Below the pieces are notes generated by a model. It worked only from the letters and a program-made list of their open reading frames with translations, was not told the DNA's origin and did not search any database. Both the position numbers and the translations under genes were made by a program. DNA of 64,000 bases from Tubulanus polymorphus. Taxonomy: Eukaryota > Animalia > Nemertea. This document shows positions 11,201 to 64,000 of the stretch, piece by piece. The stretch is from the NCBI RefSeq assembly GCF_964204645.1, contig NC_134025.1, positions 7,068,001-7,132,000 on the forward strand. The letters run 5' to 3'. Every line of letters starts with the position of its first letter. Within the stretch, counting starts at the first letter, position 1.

Positions 11201-13768
11201 TTTTCCGTAAATTAGGGTTCATTAAACGTTAAATCAACAAAGACAACAGAAATTGAGTTGGAATTCAAAAACGAAAGTCCTAATCATTTATGGGGCGTGT
11301 TCTTTTTGTTCTTTGTGGCTGTTGTATATGATCCTGAATTTTAAATGGAATAATGTAAAAGATTTTGTATATATCACGCGACCATTCGAATTATGCTTTC
11401 CATCGTCACAACATCGCCAAAAAGAACTATTCTTCTGTGTAAATTCAACAACGGAGAAATCTTTGAACAAAAATAACCGAATCTATCGAATCTCGATAAA
11501 AGATTTTTAAGACAGTGACACCGATGATTTTCGACCCTACAAATCGATCGCTAGCAAACGATCAAGCAGTATATAGAGGGCGCTTCTCTCTATCTCGACG
11601 TATATCATATATCAATACTATATGATATACGGAAATTTACAGGACGATTATAGCACAGATGAAACAACAGATTTCTGTAATACGCGTATGAAATGGTGCA
11701 ACACGACAAAATATCATAAAAAAGACATATCGGTAATCGATAATTTCAAAATTGTTCTCTCATACAGCACGGATTCTGATACTTACATCTATTATTTATA
11801 AACATCGTATGCATTGTATATAATTAAATAAGGAAGTGATGCTGGATTTGTCTATTTACAACGACGTTAAATCGAATTCGAGTTTTCTTCAATTACAAAG
11901 CGAACACGTCAGCCGTGTCGTCTGCAATGACGTCACAAATATCTCATGATAATCATTTTTTGTTTCAACAATTAACAAATAAACATCGATAATTACCATG
12001 TGTTTTCAATTCAACTCGCAAATAAAGAAGAAATAAGAAGTAAATGCAATCACAGGTAGCTGATTGACTCTCGGTACATTCATCTCTTTCTATACTTCTT
12101 CCACTGAAATACGCATATATTTACAAACCCTACTTACATTAGAATATAGGGATACCCTGCATTCTATAAGTATATACCTCAACTCCAAAGCAGGATTCTA
12201 GTCAACTAATTAACTTATGATATAATACGCGAGAACAAGAAATAATTTGATGATTTTTTTTCTTCGGGGAAATATATTTTGAGCGTTATTGTCGATTCTC
12301 AGATTGGGCTGAATTTTGCGGCTACTTTAAAGTTGTCCTTATTTCATGATCTCTAGGATAAGTTTTTTTCTGTTACTTCCAATTTGCACGACAAAAATCG
12401 CTAAACCATAGTAACTTGCTTTCTGCCGATATCTGAATACTTTCATAATTTACTGGCGCTTTAGAATACAATTCCTCGATTTACCCCAACTGCTCGATGT
12501 CAACCGGCCTTAGTTTTCGGAGTTCATATCAATTCAAGCATTAAATAACTTCAAGCAGAAATAACAATAAAATCTCTAACAATATAATATACAAAATTAG
12601 GCAAGTGCGCTCGATAGAAATTGATTTTGATGTTTTATCATGATTATTCTCCTTTACACCGGGGATGCTTGATTCAGAGCAATTTCTAATTCTCCCTCAG
12701 TATTCACGATTAAACCGGGAATCTACCCAATGAAATAGGATACAGTACAACTCAATCTAATCATGTACAAGCGGTATATATTCAAAAATCTGTACACACG
12801 ATTCTGTCTTTTTTTTTCAGATTTATTTACAAAAACAATCGGATCACCGCCCAATATATCTCGCAGATGGCAAATTCCTTGTTCGTGATTTTCTAAAATA
12901 TATATTCACGTTTTTATACACTGTGTGTATATCAGTGGTAATCTACACTTATTCTATTTGGATAGAACAACAAAAACACCAATTTTCACAACCACAACAA
13001 ATTAGAGTAAATATTATACAATGCTGCAGGAAAAGTAGTTTTTGAGTATAGTTTATGAGTTTGACAACAGCTTTCACGGCCTATTTTTGCAAGTAGCGAT
13101 TCGAATTTCATAAGCACATTATTTTTTTCGGATAGGACAGCTCCCCTATATTTTCGTGTATGATAATACTTAACACTTTTTGACGATAATTATTTTCATC
13201 TTTTTTTATACATTGATTCGATTGCCTCATGGTCTTCTCGGTTATCAAACACCTTTACTATTTTACGGTAGTGTATATATTATAACAAAAACCACTTTTT
13301 CTGCGTATGTGTGCGTGCACCCTGCCTTTTGTTGTGGAATAAGCTATGTGTTAGTTCAATGCCTTGTCTTGATAGTACTGAATATTCTCCCATTATCTAG
13401 ACAACACAGCCTCAGTACAACATTTTCAGTGAAATCGCCGAATTCGACAGTTTCTCATAAAGTCTCTACTCTATGGGAGTTCGCTTCATCACATTTTAAA
13501 GTCTTTATCACATTTTGAAAAGTTCTCTCAGCCTCCAAAGTCTGCGAGCCGTTCACTATGTTAGACATAGCTGGGGCCACTAACCAACTAAATAAAATAG
13601 ATATACATGTCCCGTACGTGCGTTGGAACTGTACATTATGATCTTTAAGATCGGTGCACCGGAGGACAAAATGTTGGTGGAGGTTTGAGTGTAAACTACA
13701 AGTAGTCTCAAGTGGAAACATGTTAACGAAAACATGCGTCTTCCCATCTTTTTCTCGTTTCGAGAAAA
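8226..13768 (-). other. probable long ALK 3'UTR (end uncertain)
   Basis: AT-rich, no credible ORF; minus-strand AATAAA at 12822, 9435, 8489, 8226; five UGUAAAUA elements. Confidence 0.5.
8573..8618. repeat. compound (ATT)n/(ATC)n microsatellite
   Basis: attattattattatcatcattattatcatcatcattatcatcatc. Confidence 0.85.
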
Positions 13769-54930
<41,162 letters not shown>

Positions 54931-57900
54931 CTGTAACAAACAATACATCAGTTAGTAAATCAATGAGATCATTTTAAGCATAATATGAGATATTATACCG
55001 ACAGTATATAGAATGAGGTCGAAAAATAATGATATCAGAAACATGTATAGTATATATTTCAAAGTTTTAAAACGATGGCTCGAATATGAATTTTACGAAG
55101 ATAATCCTGTTCATCTGTCAGATCTTTTGATCAATCGATTAACGGGAGGATGGATAAACAGATAGATGAGAGAGACTCGTTGCCCGGGGTTTGCCTCACG
55201 CATAGCCTGGGATTCAGGATGTAGTATTTTCTAAGGCGTCTTTGATGAATGTCGCGCGCTGCGCAAAATGCATGGATTCGTATACGAGCAACGCGAGAGG
55301 CAATTTATTTCATTGGCGATTACGTTTAAATAAGATCCTTTGCAGCCTCTCGCATTAAAACCTTTCTACCGCGAGACTGAGCTGGGAGAGCGCGTATCCT
55401 TTTAGCAGATCAGCCCCTAATGATGATGTGATCGTACCGATAGGCTTTAAACAGTATGGATTTTCCATCATTGCAGAACAACGAACGGGGAGGAGACAGG
55501 AGAACCTTAAAACATACGCTTAGTCAAACTCGTCGGGACATTAAGCACGCATGACTATGCGTATAATCTTAGACTTTATGGGCATGTACTACATAGCGCC
55601 ACCTCTTTTAATTTAATGGCATGGCTGTGTATGGATATCCATTAATGACAAGGCAAAAAAATAAAACTGGAAACCGATTTATTTCGTCCTGAATTTAGTT
55701 CGTCATGATGTCTGTTTTTTCAACTTGTTCCAGTTCCAATTTCAATCCCCAATACGCGATCTCATCCGGAACATTTTTGGTGGTTATGTCTCGATTTTAC
55801 CATACCTCTTTACGAGAGGTGTTGTGTTTGTAATAAGGTGGTGAATGAAATAAATTGTGTCTCTTCATAGCGAAACATGCGACAATAATTTCAAACCACT
55901 GCTGAGTCTACACCGCAGCCGATCAAATATAATCATAATCAATGGATACAATATTTGCGCTGGACACATCCTACTGGAGCAATTCATTTCCATTTAACCC
56001 CGATACTACTCGCGGAAAGAAAAAAATACTATCAACAGAACTGAGTCACAAACAGAACAAAACTCAGTCAAGTTTTCTCCGTATACTATTACCATTTTCA
56101 TGGCTCGAAGATAAAGTTGTTCATTATAAAGCACGGGCTTTTCGTCCTAATACTGCGATAATCGTTCGAAAATATGCGGCATCTTAGGGGTCTTTAACCT
56201 TAGCGTTCCAGTTTTTCAAGTGTCTTTAGAGATGTGGCGACGAATTTGTCAAAGAGAATGAACGTTATTTGGAAGCTTAACAGTAAAACAACATCTTCAT
56301 TTACTGTCGAAGTGTTTCTACGATAACACTTTCATTCATCTCGCTTTGAAACAGATTTTACTGTTCAGGATCCGGTTTCTTGTAAAAGTTTGAAGCTTAA
56401 AATGGTTTAGTTTGAATTGTTGCTAGCATTGAAAACATGAAGTAACCAATGGCGATTAAGCCAAAAGTTTTTCCATGAAGACCATAATGGTCGTTTGTTG
56501 ATACGGATCGTGACTGGCAGCAAAGTTTTCATGGTATATTACATTATGTTCGCAGGATTTCACTTTTTTCATCTGACACTGCTGGATCTGACAAAGATAA
56601 TCTCGGGGACATTCTTTTATCGCGGGATTTGTGTCGTGTCGCTTGGGAGGTGGTGTGTTAGACCGTAACCAGTCCAATGGTAAACGCCCGTCAGCATAGA
56701 TCATGAAATGTCATTTCAAACGGCATTAGCGCAGTGTGGTGGTAACGTTATGTAAAACGATTTGTAATATTCTCATACAGAATGAAACACGACGAATACA
56801 TCTTTATGTTGTGAACTTTCACATCATACTTGAAATGAAAAAACATTCGTATGATCATTTCGAGATATTTCAGACTGCCATGAATTTTGAATAACGACCT
56901 AGCATATATGTTAAAGCCCAATGCACACGACACATTACAACACAGAAACACGGACTCAAACATGTTTGATCTCGGAAACACTTTTCCCAAAACCGTGTTT
57001 CTCGTAAACGCACACGATGAAAAAACGCTCGAAAACATGTTTCCGTCCCCACTTTCCGTGTTTCCTTGCATCGGGTACATCGAGCTTGCGAAATCGTATT
57101 CAAAATTGTGAAGGAAAAATTGAATTCTATTTCGTACATTTTAATGTGCAATTAAATGTCGAAGATTTCTGCGCGTGTACGAAGATGACAGAACCCTTAA
57201 TGATATGACAGAATCCGTTAAAAGATGCGTTAAACCGCGCAAGTCGTGTACGCGGGTGAGATTGGTCCGTGTAGACTCAATTGATATCGTAGTAACACCC
57301 GACAAAGTCATTAACGATTACACAACACAATTCAATTACTTTTCCGCGGCAAAAATCTGGAACGAATCTAATTTAGATCGACGAAAATGGCTGACGAGGA
57401 TTACTCCGAACTACAAATCGCATCATTCGCGTAAGACTAGTTTCGGTCGACGTGAAGAGGCGTAAAAGATGCACTCGATACAAAACGACGACGTAGAAAG
57501 TTGTAATTTTGACAAGACGCATCGTAACGCATCGATTTGTCGCGTATAGCGGCTTCAGTTGGTCTCCCCAGAGAACGCGATATAATTATAGGCGAACAAC
57601 CCCCGTCTATTTACGTTCGGCCTTTGACAGCGATGCTAAAAACGATATTCCTCGCGGTTCGGCGATGTTTTTGATTCGATAAATGTCTATTTTAGTCAGG
57701 TAATGCGAATGACGCCAGGGAGCATCGGTATCGGCAATGACTCGTCGATGACGCGCCAAGCGATTTACTCGCCGGCAACGATGGGAACTTTTGATGCATC
57801 AATATTTTTCTAATTACGCGATAATTGGTTTGCTTTACATCATCGATAATTATCTTGATTAAAATAATAAACGCAGTCGCAGATTTCCGGGTAAATGAGC

Positions 57901-60301
57901 AATGTGCGTCAATGGAAAATCAGTAATTCCAATGAAATCTCAAGATCGAGTTATCAGCCGTATCGATATACGTTTCCATATCGTTTTTCCCCGAACTGAT
58001 ATAGATTCTTTCTAAAATGAAGAAAAATATAGGTTAACTTTTCCCCAACGATTCTGTGGTTATGAACGTCCGTAGTCATATCCAAACGATATTTTCAATA
58101 CCTATATATCAATGTACCATTGGAAATCTGAATTACGGCGGTGTGGAGCCCGTGATTATCATTCGAAATTTTTTTATACAGTTAGAAAGCAGCAAATCTT
58201 GAAAACTCGGAAGTGCAACAGCTTACAGAGGACAACTCTCAATTTCGCAATGTGTTTTTAATGGTGTGATGAATTTGAATGATCAGATACGATAGATAGA
58301 TATTTTATGTATAGTACTTGAGAGTAAGATGAATAAGTATGTCTCAAGGCTCGGGATCGCTAATAACAACTGAACACGAATAACGCATTAATATGTCGGT
58401 ACAATTCTCTTCTCATTCTGAGCATGCGAGACATTAAAAGGCCGCTGGCTATCACGACCTGTCCCACGTCTTACAAGAATAGCCGATAAAACTTGACATG
58501 CAAAACTGTTTGCGTTAGGAAGAATTTCCCAGCTATGAGAATAATTGATCTCAGAATTCGTTCAAAATGGTGAAAACGATCGATTCCGGCGTATAACAAA
58601 AGATGGAAAGACTGAACCGGACGAGACAAAGCCTTTCCATTAGTTCAATTAACCGAACTTTGAAGCAATTAGTTCACTACGCGGTGTATATCGAGGTTGG
58701 CTTTGTGAGACGCGAAACCGAACTGTACAACAGACACATGTTATCACCGACCCTCTGGAATCCGAAAATGGTAATCATTTCTGAAAAAGTATATGTTTCA
58801 TCGATGCGTTTTTATCAACTGATGTTAGGTTGTAACGAAATACGTCGGCTCTTTATTAAAATGGCGCGAACCGAATATAGAGACACGGAGCGTGTGAATC
58901 ATAGATGTGTAGATTCGCAGTAACCTGACCAGTCGCACAGAATAACACTTTGAAAAATACCCATCACACGCGGTAATAATGGCCGACACTCTTGTCGCTG
59001 CATGCGATGGCCATTTTTCGTCCGCCCGGCGCTAATGAAAAAAGGATGCGCAGTTCAGGAAAAACTGGCCAGCTCGTTAAGATTTCAAAGGAGGCTGCCA
59101 ATTACATTCATGGCCTTGCTAATTTGGACGGGGATATTGAGACGGACTATCGCAAGGAAGAAGTCACATTATTCGCTCTTGATGATGTCGTTATTGGCCT
59201 TTCATCAGACCTGATGGACCCGATTAAATCTGATTAACATGCACCAGAGATGCGCAGAGATACGGTCAGTCGCAGACGCTTAAATATTATGAATGACGAA
59301 TTACGGATTAGTTGCGTGTTGTAATATTACTATGCCGTTACTTATATATTTTTTAATCGAATATTTCTGATCCCGATTTTTTCTTAGAAAAAGTGAAGCC
59401 CAGCCCAGTGAGGTAAATCATCAAAAACGAATTAAACGATCGGTCACGAACGTAATGTAAACATACATTTTTCGAGCACAACGTCCGTGACTGAGTGGCC
59501 GAGGTAAAACGTACATTAAATGAACGGATGTGGCTATCAATTTGATTGCTAGATGTTGATAAGAATCCAATCGGAATATTGCCGGACACATACACAGCCC
59601 ACCACTTTACTATCAACTGATATATTCGTCCGTATAAAAATGATGATTTATTTGCAGAAACGAAGTAACCCATCGCTGATCGTCTGCCGTGGTATACGGA
59701 TTAACGCTTTCGCGACGCCATTTTTACAAATTGTTGTCGCAAATTTGATAGCGTGCAGAATCAATCAACTATTATTCCTCGCGTATCATTTACTGCTATG
59801 ATATGATGTGATAGGATACGTTGAACTAATATTTGATCGGTTGACGGCAAATTTGCGCGTTTTTGTGCGCGGAAAGTGATCAAATTGAAATGATGCCGGT
59901 GACGCGAGCGCGCGCGGTGATTTCATTAGGCGGATTGCTTGTGTTTCGGGGACTCGTGGTCACTAGGGTCTTCGCTCCGATGAACGGGTGCTATGGCAGC
60001 CACGGTTAATACCACTGTTTATCTTCGCGTAATACGCATTTCGAGTCGAGTGATAACCAAATATGACATCTTCATATCTGTCATAAGTCACCTGCTGTTG
60101 TGGTAATTAATGACCGCGCAACATTTCGTGTCGAACGATGTTTTTAAAACCACTTGCAATGTTTTCACGATACCGCAAATTTTTTTCTGAAATATACGCA
60201 ACACTTCGTCACCGTTACGTACAACATGACTCCTCCCGAAAGGGCCGAAACATACCCATATCCTAACCGCTGATGAAACGTTATATCCGCGTTGTGCCGA
60301 C

Positions 60302-60677
60302 TATGTGTAGATTCCCACAATGAAAATAACAAAAAATAATTTTAACTCCAAAAAATGTTTCTTTGAGCTATTTTAGTATTACCGAAGATGACTATTAGTA
60401 TAATGTAGTCGAAACGTCGAAAAAATACAACGCGACGAATAGTACTTTAAAGCTTAATTATTTTATTTGACGCACGAGCTTTTGCTACATTAGCTCGTGC
60501 GTCAAATACAATAATTAAGCTTTAAAGTACTATTCGTCGCGTTGTATTTATTCTACACTCGGTTAACAAGGCTCCTCTTTGAATCTTCGAAATCTCGAAT
60601 AAAACTACTATAGGCCAAGAAAACATTTTTCGGACTTGATATTATTTTTTCGTTATCATTGTAGGATTGTACACATA
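60302..60677. repeat. long inverted repeat / foldback element
   Basis: 58-bp inner arms 60423-60480 and 60492-60549 (1 mismatch, 11-nt loop); diverged outer arms about 60302-60390 and 60590-60677. Confidence 0.9.
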
Positions 60678-61627
60678 CCCATATCCCGCTTATTCGGCTG
60701 AGGTTGAGTTAGAGAACTTTAGAGAACGGTCAGAATTACTAATGAATATTCATTCTCGTTGAACCGAGTCGCGAAGAGGGTCTCGGAATGAATAAGAGAT
60801 ACAATGCTGCAAGTCGTGCCAGCAATTACTAACAGTTCTACTACGGCGCGTCCATATCGGGCAAAAAGAAACATCGACCTAAAATGCATTACCGGCGAAT
60901 GCAAAAACAAGAGACTCAGCGAGAGAAAGATGGAATTGAGAGGATCTGTATCCTGGGTAAGCATGATAAATAATGCATTGCATCGTGTGCAGGGAATACG
61001 ACCGACGTGTGATTACAGCGGTTCATTTTTGTCAACTCGCCGACATAAACCGCACGGCGCGCTGCAATCGACATGCACAGGACACAGCGAAACACCGCGC
61101 CAGGTAAAATGATTTGATCCGCGAAGACCTGGCTGAACGCAAGTGGCACCGCAGATCTATGCGAGGCATCGGATAACCGGTAAATAAATCATACTCGATG
61201 ACGCCAGGTATCCCCTCGTAAGATTGGCGTCATCCGATCTGCCCGAATCATATTTCTGATTTTGGCGAACGGGTATCGGATTGACCGCGACAGTATTGAC
61301 TGTCGATAGGGAAAAAACACTCGCTTATCGTTGCGAAATCATTAGTAAACCTGGGTTTATATGACAGATTAAAACGACATGATGACGAATTGTCACGATT
61401 CAGAAAAACGACATATGTACCCCTTCTGCAAAAAAATATCAAGCAAAGAAACAAAGTAACAGGCGGGAACACATCTTGATTAAATCAATTGTAAGATTGA
61501 TATGATTTGTTCATTTCTAGTGTTTGCATTCAGTTGAGTCAAAACACGACTTCGAATTCAAAATGCTACGTAATGTATTAATTTTGAATAGATTCATCGT
61601 AAGGCTAAACGGTGTTAGCGACGGTGC

Positions 61628-61725
61628 GGTGTGGGCGAGTGGTTAGTGTTCGACTCTGGGGAGCCAGGGCTCGAACCCGTTCATTACCGTTGCGTCCTTG
61701 GGCAACACATTTAAACTCATTGCCT
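61628..61725 (+). mobile_element. truncated tRNA-derived SINE
   Basis: Pol III A-box-like tgggcgagtgg and B-box-like ggctcgaaccc, then tgcgtccttgggcaacacatttaa, resembling the CORE/V-type SINE central motif. Confidence 0.7.
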
Positions 61726-64000
61726 TCACTTTTTTCTAAATCATGATCAAGCTAATCAAAACACACCCAGCAGTTGTAGAACTGAACTGATTGGTAATGC
61801 TGTTCACAAAACGACCCGACCGATTAGGAGAAACAAGGTATCATTTTTAGCCTAATCTTGACATTTCTATGTGTGTATAGATCCTGTCGGGGAGAGGCGG
61901 GACAAAACCCGCCCTGTTCCTGTTGTAAAAATACATGCGCGTTAAAAAGTCGGTCCCGAAAAAGAACCAATTTGACATCGCCGGAAAGGGCTACAAATCA
62001 TTCTGGAATCGTCTGGAAGGCGTTGAAGTTATATGCCGCTAACGATGGCGATGAAATAGTTACTCACTTTATCAGCACTACTGCTAGAGTGTTCAACCAT
62101 AAATATTATGAATAATAAATGAAGGACTTTACACTGCTGTTAATATCTGCAGATCATATCGTAACTGTTTATTCCCCATCCCGCGTGCACTACAACCCGG
62201 CAGCTTTCGTATCTGTTTTTGCTGCAAATCGCCGAGATCCTGAAAATCTGCTTTTAAAGCTGGCGAGTTTAAAGGACTCGTGAACATGTCAAGATTACCT
62301 TACAACGTTGTAAACACTCGACGAAACGAAACATGGAATTTGATACATGCGCTTTCGCTGTAAAAGTGAAAACGAATTTCAAAGCGAATAGGACTGTTAC
62401 AAAATTCATCAAAAATTCTACATTCACAAGAAATTCCGTCAGAATCTCCAAAAGAGTTTATCTGAGGTCGGGACAGCTTCATATAAAAGGTAAACGTTTC
62501 GGTCATTATTTCTGCACGCAGATTAGCGGATTCTAGTATATGAGAGTTCTGCATATTGAATGATATTGTAGGGAAAAATATAGTGAGATGCATAGACACA
62601 ATACTGCCATGTGTCACTTAGAAATGGATGCTTTGAAATAAGGAAGTGACGAAAGAGAAAAGTACATTATAGTGATTGCAGAGGTGTAACGTTTCTCACG
62701 CGGGAACCGATGGTGCAACAGAATGCCGGCTTTCAGGACATAAACGATGCTTGTCAATATTATTGAGCCTCGGGGTGAATTATTAATATATGAAGAACGC
62801 GACTGTGCTCCGAGATTTGTATTTAATTCACCAGATTTCAGCGAATGTCGGAGATAGTTCATTCCAACGAATACAGATTTTTCGACATTCTATATCCTCC
62901 GAAGACTTTTTTGTCCGGTAGCAAATTCTTTCCCAGGGATAATCTAAGATGATTCGTAAATGTAACCTCATGATAATTTTTTTCTATTTTCACACCATGA
63001 ATTCGTAAAGATGAATTCATCTAATCTGTTCGTAGCACTCCTGATCATGATTATAGTCGAGTAGGATAATCAACAATGCATGTACAACCAACACCGTTTT
63101 ACTGTTAGAATATGTTTCTTGTATTTTTGAATAAATAGATCATTGCTAAAGTCTGTGACACCCGCGTGTAGCATTACGATTCTGCACACGCAACTTGGTA
63201 GGCAAACTTTTGAAGGCTCATTCGCACGCGAAATATTCAAAGGACCATATCAAAATTTGAAAAAAAGTTTTACCAGCTATCTTTGTGAAAACTTTTATAA
63301 CCTGAGAAGCTTTATGAATATACTTTGAATGATCGATCAGAATTGCAATCGAAAATTGTATGCAGTAACGCTGATCAAAGCTCTAAGTACACTTCGGAAA
63401 TATATGCAAAGGTCGCTTACGCAGGGCCGTAAAATGAAATGTTTTGCAATTCTGACGATGCAAGAAACACGACGCAGCTCGGCTCCGGGAGTACTGTTCG
63501 ATATAAATGGCTGTAAGCAGTTAATAAGCCGATATAATATTAGTATTGACCTGTGATCGCTTGTTCGCCACATTATTATATTTCATCGAGCAAATATACA
63601 AAACCACCTTAAGACAGGAGGCTGGGTGTGGAAATGAGATTCTCGGCGTTCGTCTAATTACCTGGCAACACAGATAATACGTCGAATAAGTCATACGCCT
63701 TCAGTCTTCAGTCGCCGAGAAACACTTATCGGACTCTTATTAATAAAAACGGCTTAATTATTACGAGCGTTATAGACTCTATTGATGTCGAATTATTTCT
63801 GTGGCGATGAATAACATTACGTACGACACCTGATAAATCTAGAGTTCGATATTGGTGGCTCGGTTATTGTGACTCGCGATGCCAGTCAACGAAAAATAAG
63901 CTTCGAAAAGTTGTACGTTGATTTTGCCCACAAAATACTTTGACCTGAACAAAAAGAAAGTTTATAAAATGAACGATACGGTTCATAGATACTATATATT

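Noticed and set aside
55806-55860. Possible upstream ALK exon ending at GAG|gtatgg
   Set aside because: The phase-1 frame needed to join exon 54930 has a TAA and no MAM motif; upstream ALK exons appear to lie outside the window.
61628-61700. Possible tRNA gene
   Set aside because: A/B boxes are present but I cannot fold a proper cloverleaf, and a SINE-type body follows.

Overview
AT-rich eukaryotic (invertebrate metazoan-like) genomic DNA with GT-AG introns and no prokaryotic features. Most of the window is a minus-strand ALK receptor tyrosine kinase gene. I can thread 26 phase-consistent coding exons from 54930 to the stop at 13769 (4190 nt, about 1395 aa: MAM1 end, LDLa, MAM2, TNF-like/Gly-rich, EGF, TM, kinase, long C-tail); its 5' exons lie beyond the right edge. 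Immediately downstream on the same strand starts a SPRED gene (EVH1 exon 829-1012) that runs off the left edge. Main observations: (i) six short ATG-initiated, phase-2 GTAAG-donor mini-exons upstream of the SPRED EVH1 exon, suggesting interchangeable N-termini; (ii) an in-frame ATG mini-exon in the ALK TM-juxtamembrane intron that could give a kinase-only, ALK-ATI-like isoform; (iii) an 18-nt ALK microexon; (iv) ALK-SPRED adjacency resembling vertebrate ALK/SPRED2 and LTK/SPRED1 linkage; (v) a Pumilio-element-rich candidate ALK 3'UTR. Introns carry MITEs, a SINE, a foldback element and microsatellites. All splice models were read by eye and lack transcript support.
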